A stretch of DNA of 64,000 nucleotides from an uncultured delta proteobacterium (GCA_963699755.1 CAVOVB010000005.1:32001-96000); one strand, 5' to 3'. Positions 21,222-31,692 are shown, counted from the first letter of the stretch. The notes: generated by a model not told the origin, from the letters alone. Made by a program: numbers and translations.

Positions 21222-22190
21222 TCAGCCGCTCTGGTCCGAGACGAGTGCGGAGGCTGCGATCTGGAAGTCCTCGATCGAGCTGATGAACGTGGCTCTGGGG
21301 ATGCGGGAGGTGAGTGGGTGGTCAGGTGGGCAACCGATCCAAACGGGAACCTTCGGCGACACCGTGTTTACCAGCCGTTCGACCTGCATCATCTCGTCCT
21401 CGCTCATGTGGCGAACCACCGACAAGACCAGGATGTCGGCGTTGCTGCGCGCAACGCTCCAGATGATTTCTTCGGTCGGAAGATCCGGCCCTAGGTAGAG
21501 CACGTCGAATCCGGCCTCCTTGGCAAGGACCGAGCCTGCAAGAATGCCAAACTCGTGGAGCTGGCCGGCTGGGGTCGTGAACAAGAGGCGTCGTGCCCCG
21601 GGGGTCGTAGGAATCTGCTCGAGACGGCTAGTCATCAGGCTCTTCAGCTGCGCCCTCACCAAATGCTCGGGCGCAGTGCCCAGCGTCCCTTCGCTCCAAC
21701 GGCGACCCACTTCCCACATGATCGGGATGGCCACAGCTATGATGAGTTGAAGATTGCCGAGATCTTCGCTCATTGCCTTGAGCTTCTGGAAGGCTTCTCC
21801 GATCTCCAGGTTTTCGATGGCGTCTAGATAGGCCTGCTGTTCCGCTGACAACGGCGGCTGAGTCGGTCGTGGGGGCCGAATCGGCGGCTTCTGGCTCTGG
21901 CGCATCGCAGTGAGCTCATTCGTCGATAGCCCGGCAAGCGTCTGCAGCGCATAGCCGCGCTCCCGCAGCTCCTTGAGACAGATCAGTCGAGTCACATCAT
22001 CCTCGCTGAACTGCCGGGTGCCCCCGTTGCTCCTGGCAGGCTCGATGGCTCGATATCGTCGCTCCCAGGCCCGGATGGTGTCCGGATTCAGGCCTGTCAG
22101 GGCGACGACCGCCCGGATGGGCAGCATTCCGGGTTTGGGGGGCTCGGTCACGTCAAACCTGAACATGTATAGAAAATCGTGAAGTCGCAA
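21222..22190 (-). CDS. MerR-family cobalamin-binding regulator (CarH/CarA/LitR type); start may be 22166 or 22151
   Basis: IRAWERRY HTH; W-x9-EH (WSEGTLGTAPEH); QLHEFG...YLGPDLP B12-binding domain. Confidence 0.9.
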   Translation of the reverse strand: MRLHDFLYMFRFDVTEPPKPGMLPIRAVVALTGLNPDTIRAWERRYRAIEPARSNGGTRQFSEDDVTRLICLKELRERGYALQTLAGLSTNELTAMRQSQKPPIRPPRPTQPPLSAEQQAYLDAIENLEIGEAFQKLKAMSEDLGNLQLIIAVAIPIMWEVGRRWSEGTLGTAPEHLVRAQLKSLMTSRLEQIPTTPGARRLLFTTPAGQLHEFGILAGSVLAKEAGFDVLYLGPDLPTEEIIWSVARSNADILVLSVVRHMSEDEMMQVERLVNTVSPKVPVWIGCPPDHPLTSRIPRATFISSIEDFQIAASALVSDQSG

Positions 22191-22278
22191 CCCTTGTCGA
22201 TTGCACCAGATCGGGTCAGTTGGCGGATTCAGCCTGCAAATTAGTCAGATCGCTTCCTTGATGGCCCGGGCCACGAAA

Positions 22279-22315
22279 GCATGAATCTGGACCGTATCCG
22301 GCCATGACTTGGACT
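22279..22315. promoter_or_regulatory. putative CarH-type operator upstream of the regulator gene
   Basis: TGGACC/CGGCCA/TGGACT at 22288, 22299, 22310 (11-bp period); 25/37 ungapped identity to 35087-35123. Confidence 0.55.
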
Positions 22316-22370
22316 TCTCGCAGAGAAATGGGAACGTCCCGCTCGCCCGGGGATTCGCCAGTCGCCTGCC

Positions 22371-22847
22371 TCAGCGCCGGACAGCATCCTTCATGCGTCG
22401 ACTGTAGTCCCAGGAGGCGATCCAGGTGGGCCGTAGTCGAACGACGAGCTCCTCGTCGGCGCGTGCGAGCAGAAAGCGGCCGAGGCCCGAGTCGATAGAG
22501 CCGAGGTACCGTTCGAGGAGATGCTCCAGCAGCGCAGAGGCACCTTCCGAATCGAGGCTGGCCAGCGCCTGTCCCCGCACCCCATGGTACGGAGGCTCGT
22601 TGGGGGCAACCTCGAAGGCGCAGCGTGGGTCTGCCTTCAAGCGTTTCGCGACGCGGGCGTCCCGGTGGACCACGGCCACAAGCTCGTCCTCTTGGCGCGC
22701 GAACCAGACAGAGAGGATGACCGGAAAACCGGAGTCGGTGTTCGCCGCGAGCCGCATGGGGATGCGCGCCTCAGTCAGGAACTCCCGGACACGGGACTCC
22801 GACCAGGGGCCGTAAAGGCGAATCGGTGATGACGGCGCTGCGCTCAT
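22371..22847 (-). CDS. pyridoxamine 5'-phosphate oxidase-like split-barrel protein
   Basis: RLAANTDSGFPVILSVWF...LKADPRCAFEV...YHGVRGQA...RPTWIASWDY. Confidence 0.85.
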   Translation of the reverse strand: MSAAPSSPIRLYGPWSESRVREFLTEARIPMRLAANTDSGFPVILSVWFARQEDELVAVVHRDARVAKRLKADPRCAFEVAPNEPPYHGVRGQALASLDSEGASALLEHLLERYLGSIDSGLGRFLLARADEELVVRLRPTWIASWDYSRRMKDAVRR

Positions 22848-22999
22848 AGTCCTCTGTGATCCGTTATGTCGGGCATGAGCGAAACGGGCAAACTGCCGCT
22901 GCGATCACCTCCCCATAGCACCTAGCATCCCGCATTTGTGCCCCTGGAGCCGAGCCGAATCGAGCAGCGCTAGTCCCTGGGCGGACCGAGCCAACGAGC

Positions 23000-23938
23000 T
23001 CATCCATTGCTCGGCGGCAGCTGTCGTATGTCGAGAGGCGTCTTTGGAAAGACTTCGATCGCGGCGGCCGCCAAGGACACGGCGCGTTCGGTCTGATCGA
23101 TGGCCTGGAGGACGCGCGCGCTCAAGAGGTGCTTCGTCGAGCGTCGCCTATCGAAACGCACGGAATAGCGAATCGTGAAAGTTACCCAGTTCTGATCGAA
23201 CACGAACGTTATCGAGGGAGCGGTGGCAGCGTCTTCGAGTGGATAGCGCTTTTGCATGCGCTCCCACACGCGGGCCGACTCTTTTGCGTACTCGCCGCAT
23301 ATCTCGTCCGCGACTTCTTGCAGGAGCGCACGCGCCGCTTCGAGATCACTTCCGAATCGAATAGGAATGTATATTTCGTCCCATAGAAAAGGAAAGTCGC
23401 CCGAATAGTTCACGACCGGCTCTTTGAAGACGAAGCTGTTGGCCACTCGCACCATCCGGCCGTTGTAGAGATCCCCGTTGACCCACTGTCCCAACTCCGC
23501 CAGTGTGGTTCGGAGCACTCCGATGTCGATGACGTCGCCTTTGATACCTCCGAGCTGGATCCGATCCCCCACCGAATAGAAACTGCCGAAAGAGACGGCC
23601 GCCCATCCGGCCACGCTCATGATGACCTCTTGCAGCGCAAACGCGATGCCCGCACCGGCGACGCCAAAGACGACGCTGAGCCGGCCCAGCCGGTCGCTGA
23701 AGACTGCAAGCAGGACCAGCGCTCCCAGAAAGTACCCTAGGAACCCAATCACTTTGCGTGCACGGTACCGAACGGCCTTGTCGCCGATGTAGCGGGTGGC
23801 GAGTCGCTTGACGCCCTGTACGATGGCGATGACGACCACGATCGCGATCACGGTGCTCACCAGCTTCCCCAGGACCGGATCGTCGAACAGCTTGAACATG
23901 TTTTTCAGAGTTTTGTCCACCGCAGAGTCCTCGGTCAT
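23000..23938 (-). CDS. MscS-family mechanosensitive channel
   Basis: GVAGAGIAFALQEVI...VGDRIQLGGIKGDVIDIG...VVNYS. Confidence 0.92.
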   Translation of the reverse strand: MTEDSAVDKTLKNMFKLFDDPVLGKLVSTVIAIVVVIAIVQGVKRLATRYIGDKAVRYRARKVIGFLGYFLGALVLLAVFSDRLGRLSVVFGVAGAGIAFALQEVIMSVAGWAAVSFGSFYSVGDRIQLGGIKGDVIDIGVLRTTLAELGQWVNGDLYNGRMVRVANSFVFKEPVVNYSGDFPFLWDEIYIPIRFGSDLEAARALLQEVADEICGEYAKESARVWERMQKRYPLEDAATAPSITFVFDQNWVTFTIRYSVRFDRRRSTKHLLSARVLQAIDQTERAVSLAAAAIEVFPKTPLDIRQLPPSNG

Positions 23939-24095
23939 CGTTGTTTTTCCAATCCGCGCTTGGGCTTGTCCGGGGGTGAACTCTACCCCAAACGGGTCGC
24001 ACGCGTCTCGATCCACCGCGCGCGATGGTGATGTCGATGCAAGTACGATGAACGGGGTCGCCTTGCCGCCTATTCGCTATCTCTGCACAATGGGA

Positions 24096-24308
24096 ATGAT
24101 GCATCGACTTCGCCTCGCCGGTATCGTGACTCTCGTAGTCGTGATCCTCGCCTTCATTCTTTCGAACTGGGGTACGGTTCGAGTAGGCATCCTCGGAATC
24201 GACATTCTTCAAGCGCCTGCGAGCGTGGTCATCCTGGTGTCGGTCGCTCTGGGAATGGCACTGGGGTTTCTCGTTCACACGATTCGCGGGGCTCGGCGCA
24301 AGCCGTAG
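24096..24308 (+). CDS. small two-TM LapA-like membrane protein
   Basis: LAFILSNWGTVRV...APASVVILVSVALGMALG, basic tail. Confidence 0.6.
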   Translation: MMHRLRLAGIVTLVVVILAFILSNWGTVRVGILGIDILQAPASVVILVSVALGMALGFLVHTIRGARRKP

Positions 24309-24459
24309 AGACCTCGACGGTGGCCTAGGATCACGCGATTCGCGAGGTTAAGTTGATCTGCTGGGCCGGAGGTCATCACGGTCGACTGCAATCTTCTCTG
24401 CTCTGCGCACGAAGCGCTGCATGCGCTGCGGGTGTCGCGCAGCGCCAGCTACCCGAACG

Positions 24460-24955
24460 CCCTGCCGGGGGCGGCTCTCGTGCTTCTCGCCCGCTTTCCT
24501 CTCACGCCGCTGCTCTACAGCCTGCTAGCGGCACACGGAGCCGTGTTGATCGTGGGAGGCACTACACCTACGCGGAGCTTCCCCTGGGCTTCTGGATTCA
24601 GGACGCCTTTGGCTTGGCGCGCAATCACTACGACCGCATCGGCCACTTCGCTCAGGGATTCGTTCCTGCGAGCCTAGCTCGCGAGCTTCTGCTGCGACTG
24701 ACTCCCCTGCGCCCCGGTAAGTCGCTCTTCTTCCTCGTCATCTGTGTATGCCTTGCATTTAGCGCCTTCTACGAGCTGGTTGAATGGTGGGTTGCTGCTG
24801 CCACGGGTTCGGCCGCCGAGGCTTTCCTTGGGACGCAGGGCGACCCGTGGGATACGCAGTGGGACATGTTCCTTGCGCTCATCGGCGCAGTGACCGCCCA
24901 GCTTCTCTTGTCCCGCGCTCACGACCGACAGCTGGCCGAGCTCGTCACGATGTAG
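24460..24955 (+). pseudogene. DUF2238/YjdF membrane protein, 5'-eroded and frameshifted near 24558
   Basis: RFPLTPLLY...LIVGG then frame change to HYTYAE...RNHYDRIGHFAQG...FLGTQGDPWDTQWDM. Confidence 0.8.
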
Positions 24956-24972
24956 GCGACCAGGGGGTGTCC

Positions 24973-25884
24973 CTAGTTCTCGGTCCCTAGAATGCCGATT
25001 CCGACGCGCGAAAGTTGTTCACCAAACAAGCTGGTGGCGTAGATCGAGCAAGGGTCGAATTCCCCTCGGCCGAAGGCGATGCTGGCGGCGGATGCGACGC
25101 CCTGAGCGATAATCGCCACGGTACCGTCCGGCTTCACCTGGGCGATCTCGCTCTTGAGGTTGAGAGCGACATAGACGTTTCCTTCACTGTCGATCGCTAC
25201 CCCGTCTGGTGTCGAGACCCCCCCCTCGAAGGTCACCCATTTCTCTGGAGCTCCGGCTTCGCCGTCCTCGCTCACCGGGACACGCCAAAGACCGGGGTCG
25301 TCGAATGTCGCTGCGACGTAGAGCGTCCGATTGTCGAGCGAGAAGACCATCCCGTTCGGGGTCGGTACGCCATCGGACCAGACCGATACATCACCCTCCA
25401 GCGTCACCTCTCGAATGATCGAGGTGCCGATCCTGTCGTCGGATACCAGGGTCGTGCCCCAGGGTGTCGTGACGACGAAGTTGGGCTCGCCAAGCTCGCT
25501 GGCAATGACCTCCGAGCTGCCCGTCTCCGGGTCGATCAGGAGAAGCTCGCCCGTCTCTATGCTCGCCGCCAGGATTCCATCGTCATGGCTGGCCAGACCG
25601 AGAAGTGACTCGGACTCGGCCGCGACCTCGCTCGACCCATCGGCTGCAAAGCGCAGCAACTGGTCGTCTGCGTCCGTGGGGCGCGCGGAAACGAACAGCG
25701 CCCCGTTGCCGTCAAAGGTGAGGCCTTCGCTGAACGTGCCGAGAGGATCCGCGAAAGGCTGCACCTCCCCAACGGCGATATCCGTCGCGCAGGTCCGGGC
25801 GGGCCCGGTGGTCGAGCTCGAGTCCGAGCCGCATCCCAGGAGCCCCAAGACCATCGTCGCGCCTAGCATGGGCCACTTGCTCAT
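24973..25884 (-). CDS. SMP-30/gluconolactonase-family beta-propeller lipoprotein
   Basis: LLGC lipobox; SEGLTFD, PNGMVFSLD, PDGVAIDSEGNVYVA. Confidence 0.88.
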   Translation of the reverse strand: MSKWPMLGATMVLGLLGCGSDSSSTTGPARTCATDIAVGEVQPFADPLGTFSEGLTFDGNGALFVSARPTDADDQLLRFAADGSSEVAAESESLLGLASHDDGILAASIETGELLLIDPETGSSEVIASELGEPNFVVTTPWGTTLVSDDRIGTSIIREVTLEGDVSVWSDGVPTPNGMVFSLDNRTLYVAATFDDPGLWRVPVSEDGEAGAPEKWVTFEGGVSTPDGVAIDSEGNVYVALNLKSEIAQVKPDGTVAIIAQGVASAASIAFGRGEFDPCSIYATSLFGEQLSRVGIGILGTEN

Positions 25885-25953
25885 CGAATGTCCTCCTCGG
25901 GCGCCTTGCGCGCCAAGTGCTGTATATCACGGCAAGCCTGGATGACGCAGCGC

Positions 25954-26418
25954 TCAGAGAAAATTCGATCCCGTAAGGTCGCAGGAATACATGGTGGCAG
26001 AGCCGAACCAATCCCAGACGATGATCATCGTGTCGCCACTCGGCCGCCACTCGACGGTGAGTCGGTCTCCTGGAATCCTGCTCCAGAGCTCAGCGAAGGA
26101 GTTTTCGCCGTTGATCGAGTAGGTGCGGTCGGGGAGACTCAAGGTGCCGGTCGTGTAGAAGGTGTAATCACCTGTCCCTATGACTCCGGTGATGCTTGGA
26201 TTGGGACCCGGACCCCAGGTGATGCCGGATTGCCCGATGGCCTCGACCTCGAGTGTGAGCGCTCCCGCGAATCCGGCGATGTTGCAATCGAACGTGAACC
26301 TAGCCTTGTTCGAGCCCACCCCGTCCGTCCCTCCCTCGGCGTCCCCGCAGCCCCCCGCGAGCACGGCAACCAAGGCCACGCAATGCGTGCGCCGTAGCGA
26401 GGAAGCCCGTGGAGCCAA
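25954..26418 (-). CDS. hypothetical lipoprotein
   Basis: VALVAVLAGGC lipobox and beta-rich body; start uncertain. Confidence 0.6.
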   Translation of the reverse strand: MAPRASSLRRTHCVALVAVLAGGCGDAEGGTDGVGSNKARFTFDCNIAGFAGALTLEVEAIGQSGITWGPGPNPSITGVIGTGDYTFYTTGTLSLPDRTYSINGENSFAELWSRIPGDRLTVEWRPSGDTMIIVWDWFGSATMYSCDLTGSNFL

Positions 26419-26642
26419 GCGCCCGCGCGATCATCGTGGCGAACATCTCGCGACGGACGAGGTTCTGAGGAACGACAGCCTTTCGGGTAACCGTGGTGCA
26501 ACGCCTGCGCGCTCCCAATGCAATCGGCATCGGCGACGGTTCCCAGATGGTGAATCAGCACCTAGTCTTATGAAAGAATGGTCGAACGCTCGGCACTGCT
26601 TGGCGGTTTGCTTGTGGTTTCCGCGGGTCGGGAGGCGTCCAG

Positions 26643-27671
26643 ATGACCGGTAAGATCCTTCATGCCTCGCTCTCGCGGATCACGGACCTCGACCGTGTGG
26701 GTTTTGATTGTCAGCCGCTTCCACGCGAGCAATGGGAGCTTGGGGACTACGTCATCGGAAGCGCCACCATTGCGCGCGGCGGTTTCTCGGCCGTCGAGCT
26801 GACGAGTGGTCGCGTGGCTCATGCCGTCAGCGGCGACTCGATCCTCGGGGCGCTTGCGGTTCGCCATGCAACCTTGGAAGTCGTGGGGTCGTGGGAAGCA
26901 GTGGGCGCTGATGGGCGCATGCACCTGCTCAGCGCCGGCGGGTTGCTGGGTCGAACCACGTCGGTCTCTGGCATGCTCGCGTCCCCGATGCGTATCACCT
27001 ATCGGGGCCATGCGGCGCGGGGCGGTGCAAAGCTGCGGATGCAGGACTTCGCAAAGGCGCCCTCGAGAACGCAGCAATACGAGGTTCCTACAATTCTCAT
27101 CATTGGAACCTCGATGTCGGCTGGGAAGACGACATGCGCCAGGATCATCGTGCGCGAGCTCAAGAAGGCCGGGCACCGTGTCGCGGGCGCGAAGCTCACA
27201 GGCGCGGGCCGCTATCGCGACATCCTCGCGATGCAAGACGCGGGAGCCGACACCATCTTCGACTTCGTCGACGTCGGCCTGCCCTCGTCGGTGGTGGATC
27301 ACGAGGAGTTCCGGCCTCGAATGCGCGATCTGCTCGGGCTCCTCGCCGAAGCGAAGCCTGACGTGGTCGTAGCGGAAGCGGGCGCATCGCCTCTCGAGCC
27401 CTACAATGGCGACACCGCACTCGAGGAGCTTCAGGGCGCCGTTGGGCTGACCGTCCTGTGTGCGTCGGACCCCTACTCCGTGATGGGTGTCATGCGCGGA
27501 TACGACATGATGCGGCCTGACGTCGTGGCCGGGGTTGCAACCAGCACCAGCGCCGGCGTCGAGCTCGTCGAGAAGCTGACTGGCACGAAGGCGCTCAACA
27601 TGCTCGACGCAGGGTCGCTCCCCGAGCTTCGCCGCCTTCTGGCCCAAGTAGTCCCACCAGAGCGCGGCTGA
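26643..27671 (+). CDS. DUF1611-like P-loop protein
   Basis: GTSMSAGKTT Walker A, KLTGAGRYRD, DFVDVGLPS. Confidence 0.75.
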   Translation: MTGKILHASLSRITDLDRVGFDCQPLPREQWELGDYVIGSATIARGGFSAVELTSGRVAHAVSGDSILGALAVRHATLEVVGSWEAVGADGRMHLLSAGGLLGRTTSVSGMLASPMRITYRGHAARGGAKLRMQDFAKAPSRTQQYEVPTILIIGTSMSAGKTTCARIIVRELKKAGHRVAGAKLTGAGRYRDILAMQDAGADTIFDFVDVGLPSSVVDHEEFRPRMRDLLGLLAEAKPDVVVAEAGASPLEPYNGDTALEELQGAVGLTVLCASDPYSVMGVMRGYDMMRPDVVAGVATSTSAGVELVEKLTGTKALNMLDAGSLPELRRLLAQVVPPERG

Positions 27672-27689
27672 GACGATCGAAATCTCCGC

Positions 27690-27890
27690 TCTGCAAACGT
27701 GATCATCGCAGAGTCGCTTTCCGCGCATGTGACCGAGGTCTTGACCGGCTTCGCGCAAGAAGGTGTCCCGGCCGAAGCCGTTGCAGGGCCTCTAGGAAGC
27801 GAAGTGAAAGAGCATCTGCGGGCGGACGTGCAGGCAGGTCCGCATCTGCGACAACTGCCTCCGCTAGGTTTCCTCGATGCCCCGGGCGGT
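27690..27890 (+). pseudogene. rtcA: degraded fragment of RNA 3'-terminal phosphate cyclase
   Basis: NVIIAESLSAHVTEVLTGFAQEGVPAEAVA...VKEHLRADVQAGPHL resembles the RtcA region around the catalytic His. Confidence 0.6.
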
Positions 27891-27904
27891 GCTAGCGTCA
27901 CGGC

Positions 27905-28894
27905 ATGCGGCAGATCTTGGGCCGGACGGCGCGTCTCGATCCTCGTTTCCTGATCGAGGACTGCGAGCCCGTGTACGTTCAGACTTGGCGGAACGGCCTG
28001 CTCGACAGCAAAGTCACCGAGGGACTCCAAGAGCTGGAGGAATGCCGCGTGTGCCCACGCAACTGTCGCATCAATCGCCTGAAGGACGAGCGTCGGGTCT
28101 GCAATACCGGGCGCCGTGCAATAGTGAGCTCGGCTTTTCCGCATTTCGGGGAAGAGGACTGCCTCAGAGGCCACCGCGGCAGCGGCACGATCTTCTTTGG
28201 CCTCTGCAATCTACGCTGTGTGTTCTGCCAGAACTGGGACATCAGTCAGCGGGAAACGGGCTTCGAGCTGCAAGCTGAGCAGATCGCCGACCTGGCGCTC
28301 GAGCTTCAGGGCCGAGGCTGCCACAACATCAACTTCGTGACCCCCGAGCACGTCGTTCCTCAAGTCATCGAAGCGCTCGCCGTTGCGATTCCCCGAGGCC
28401 TTCGCATCCCGATCGTCTACAACACCAGCGCCTACGATAGCCTTGCATCGCTTCGACTGTTGGAAGGGCTCGTCGACATCTACATGCCGGACTTCAAGTT
28501 CTGGCACAGGGAGAGCGCGCGCGTGCTGTGCAAAGCGAAAGACTATCCCGTCGTGGCGCGCGCGGCGATCCTGGAGATGCATCGCCAGGTCGGCGACTTG
28601 CGATTCGGACCGGATGGGACCGCGCGTCGCGGCTTGCTGGTGAGGCACCTGGTGATGCCTGGGCAGACCGATGAAGCCGAAGCGATCATGCGGTGGCTCG
28701 CGGACGAAGTCTCTCCGGACACCTACGTCAACGTGATGGGGCAATATCAGCCCCAATATCGAGTCGGTGAAATCGCCCGCGACGGCAAGCCACGCTACGA
28801 GTCGATCGATCGGCGGCCAACCGACCACGAAATAGCCGCAGCACGTGGCGCGGCCCGCGCCGCGGGCCTCTCGCGGCTCGACGCGAGGGCTTGA
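27905..28894 (+). CDS. radical SAM protein (PflX-like)
   Basis: CRVCPRNC, GSGTIFFGLCNLRCVFCQN, DIYMPDFK, LLVRHLVMPG. Confidence 0.92.
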   Translation: MRQILGRTARLDPRFLIEDCEPVYVQTWRNGLLDSKVTEGLQELEECRVCPRNCRINRLKDERRVCNTGRRAIVSSAFPHFGEEDCLRGHRGSGTIFFGLCNLRCVFCQNWDISQRETGFELQAEQIADLALELQGRGCHNINFVTPEHVVPQVIEALAVAIPRGLRIPIVYNTSAYDSLASLRLLEGLVDIYMPDFKFWHRESARVLCKAKDYPVVARAAILEMHRQVGDLRFGPDGTARRGLLVRHLVMPGQTDEAEAIMRWLADEVSPDTYVNVMGQYQPQYRVGEIARDGKPRYESIDRRPTDHEIAAARGAARAAGLSRLDARA

Positions 28895-28937
28895 CGATAC
28901 GCGCTGGTTTCCGAGCTAGGACGATAGATTCGAGTGG

Positions 28938-29393
28938 TCAACCGCCGCCGATGTCCACGTCGTAGCCCTCGTAGACGAGATCGGCACCACGTTGACGATG
29001 GCGAACGATGGCAACCAGTACCGCCAGAACCTGACTTCTCAGTTCTTCGGGGTCCGATGAACCCTTGGCGCTGGCGATGGCCTCGGCAACTTGCCGAGTG
29101 AGCTCAGGATGCTCGTCCCGAACGCGATCGATCTTGTTGACCAGCCTTGGTGCGTCGTCTGTCAGCTGGGCGAGGAGGCCTTCGGGACTTTCTACTTCCG
29201 CCACATGCTGTTCAAGAGCGATGCGCAGGTTCTCCAGCTCGGTTTGCAGGTTGGAGCGCCAGTTTGGCCCCCCAATCGGGGACGAAGCTGCGATTTCAAC
29301 GTTTGACACCGCTCCTTTCAACTCAACGCGGCGTTGCCGAGCCGCCTCGAGTGCGCGCCCCTGCTGCATCTCACTTTCGCTCACGTGTGTCAT
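28938..29393 (-). CDS. hemerythrin-like four-helix protein (start may be GTG 29384)
   Basis: LEQHVAEVE, RDEHPEL, RHRQRGADLVYE. Confidence 0.7.
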   Translation of the reverse strand: MTHVSESEMQQGRALEAARQRRVELKGAVSNVEIAASSPIGGPNWRSNLQTELENLRIALEQHVAEVESPEGLLAQLTDDAPRLVNKIDRVRDEHPELTRQVAEAIASAKGSSDPEELRSQVLAVLVAIVRHRQRGADLVYEGYDVDIGGG

Positions 29394-29662
29394 CTCCTCG
29401 AACAAGAACAATGGCCGCTGTGGGGCCGCGCGCAGAATCAGGGCAGCGCGTTGGCTCCCGGGAGCCAGAGCATTGCCGGGAAAGCCAGCAACAGCAAGGG
29501 TGTGCTCCCTCAGAACCCCGTCGAGTGCAGAATCGTCGATGTTTGGGCGTTCGGGTCAAGCTGACCGCCCCCCAACAGAGCAGGCTCGCCGAGGCTCTCG
29601 TACTGCTCGAGAGTCGGGACGAACCCGTCGCCGAGCGGGCGGGCTCACCTGGGAGGCAAGCG

Positions 29663-29810
29663 ATGGTTTGCAAAGGAATTGTGGTGTCGATCCTAGCCCT
29701 GGCGCTTGGCGCCTAGGGCTGGGGGGATGGCACCAACGCTTCGGGTGGCGCGGCCGGTACGGGCGGCTCGGCCGGCACGGGTGGCGGTAAACTAACGAAC
29801 GCGTGTAACG
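29663..29810 (+). pseudogene. decayed 5' end of a Gly-linker lipoprotein
   Basis: GGAGG RBS, MVCKGIVVSILALALGA* then GWGDGTNASGGAAGTGGSAGTGG. Confidence 0.45.
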
Positions 29811-29831
29811 ACCGAGGGGTCGAGCGACTGC

Positions 29832-30140
29832 TCAATCTCTGAACGATGGCGCTCGGGTAGGATGTCCCGCACAACGCTCCCCAGCATCTTCTGTCGAGGT
29901 GTGATGTCCCCTTTCCTCCAGCGGGTCGAATCCTCGTCGAGCCAGGCGTCTTGGTCGAACGGAAGCGCATCGGACCCAATTGGAAGCGGAGGCGAGCCAA
30001 TGGAGCGAAGTCCTACCGCGGCACCGAACACCAGAAGCCCGATCAACGGAATGCTGACGAGATGTGACGAGCGTGGACCGAGTGGCCTCGAAAGCGCGGA
30101 GACCACGACCCAACGAATCCCGCCACACAGGGCGACGCAC
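29832..30140 (-). pseudogene. fragment of a membrane-anchored hypothetical protein
   Basis: In the frame of ORF 29792-30382: TM segment then PFDQDAW...TPRQKMLGSVV...RSEIEQSL. Confidence 0.35.
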
Positions 30141-30242
30141 GCAAGGACCAGTAGCGCGACTGGTGCGGATCCCGCGACAGAGACACGCCGCTTCGCGAGA
30201 GCTGGTGCAGGTTCCCGAATTGGAGCACGATGGAGGCTAGCC

Positions 30243-30483
30243 ATTGTTGAGTAACAAGAGTTGATCGCCCGAATCACCGTCAATCCCGAGATCTCCGGCG
30301 GAAAGCCGATCATCGGCGGGAGATGTCTGGCGGTGGAGCATGTCGGCGCGCGAGCAAGGCTCGATATGCGTGGATATACCAAGTCGCTATCGGGAAGAGC
30401 TCGCCACCGGTGCGATTGTTACGGTCGAGCCCGGTCGCATTGGTATCCCCCCAGCAACAACCGGCGAAGAGCCCACGACCTGA
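30243..30483 (+). pseudogene. DUF433 antitoxin / DUF5615 PIN-like toxin pair collapsed by deletion
   Basis: LIARITVNPEISGGKPIIGGRCLAVEHV abuts AREQGSICVDI..RYREELATGAIVTVEPGRI; start codon and early codons mutated. Confidence 0.7.
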
Positions 30484-30749
30484 CGCTGTAAAGTTTCCGA
30501 CGCGATTCTTCTGAAGTTGCTCGCAGTCTTATACGTATGGCAAGAGCCAATCGACCTCTGCCGCCAATCTTTTCACGTCGGAGAGAATCCGTTCGATCAG
30601 CTCGGAGAGGTCGACCGAGCGACCCTCCTCGACCGCACCCGGGTTGGCGTCGAGCAAAGCGCTTGGGCCCTTTGTCTCCAAAACCGGACCTGGCGGCCGA
30701 CGACGGTATCTGGCGAGACGTCAACCCGGGTCGGGTCGTCAACCTTGAT

Positions 30750-31630
30750 GCTGTAGAGCGACCTCCTGCCCCGCATGGCACCGTTGTTGAGTCTGCAAAC
30801 CAACAACCACCAAGGAGGCGGAGGCCATGGAATACTGTGGATTGGATCTGGGTCGAAAGTCGAGCCGATACTGCGTCGTCGATGACCACAAGCACATCAT
30901 CTGGCAGGGCAACGTTCGGCAAACACAGGAGCACTTGCGTAGCGTCTTTCGCTCGGGCTTACCGATGCGCGTCATCGTGGAAGCGACGACACAGGCGTTC
31001 TTGACAGCGGATTTGCTGCGCGAGCTCGGGCACGATGTGCGTGTCGTCGACCGGAATCGCACCAAAGCGATCGGGGCGGCACTCATCCCGGCAACACGAC
31101 CAGACGCGGCGGGATCACCAAACACGGCAACCGCCAAGCTCGATGGGCGCTCACCATGGCCGCGAGCTCAGTTCTGCTCAGCAAAGGCGACAGTGCGCTC
31201 CAACAATGGGGGCGACAACCGGCCGCTCGCGTCAGGCGCAAGAAAGCCTGCTGTGCCATCGCACGCCGCCTGGCAGCGCTTCTGTGGGCCATGCGGACGA
31301 ACGAAACGGCGTTCGACACGCGTCTACCCGCCTGGGATTCCGCGCACTACCCGCTCTGTGACGGTCCCCTATTCGAACCCTTCAACGTGGTGCAGTGCGT
31401 ACCCCTCCCTGTCCCGGTCGACCGACCGAGGACGGAACCTTGATTGCACGCACTCTTCGTCCAGCATCCTGTGCCCGGGCAACATAGGCCCGACTAAGAG
31501 CACGTATCGATGGGTGAGTCGCGGTTCGAGCAAGGGCATTCATGGGGCCCCTATTCCCTTGTTCTCACCGACCAAACGGGTCTCGGTGCACGGTGGGTCT
31601 TGCTCGATTGACAACAGCCGCTCTATCCAG
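30750..31630 (+). mobile_element. IS110-family (IS1111-type) element with internally deleted transposase
   Basis: MEYCGLDLG...VIVEAT N-terminus joined near 31086 to RRGGITKHGN...KKACCAIARRLA..LWAM; subterminal IR TAGAGCG (30754-30760)/CGCTCTA (31619-31625); TTGACA at 31608. Confidence 0.85.
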
Positions 31631-31643
31631 GGTGAGGTTGTCC

Positions 31644-31692
31644 AGAAGAAGAAGAAGAAGAGGCAGGCAGCTTGGAGCTGCCTGCCTCTTCT
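31644..31692 (-). terminator. hairpin terminator downstream of the 889-aa gene
   Basis: 17-bp perfect stem AGAAGAGGCAGGCAGCT/AGCTGCCTGCCTCTTCT followed on minus strand by (TTC)n. Confidence 0.7.
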
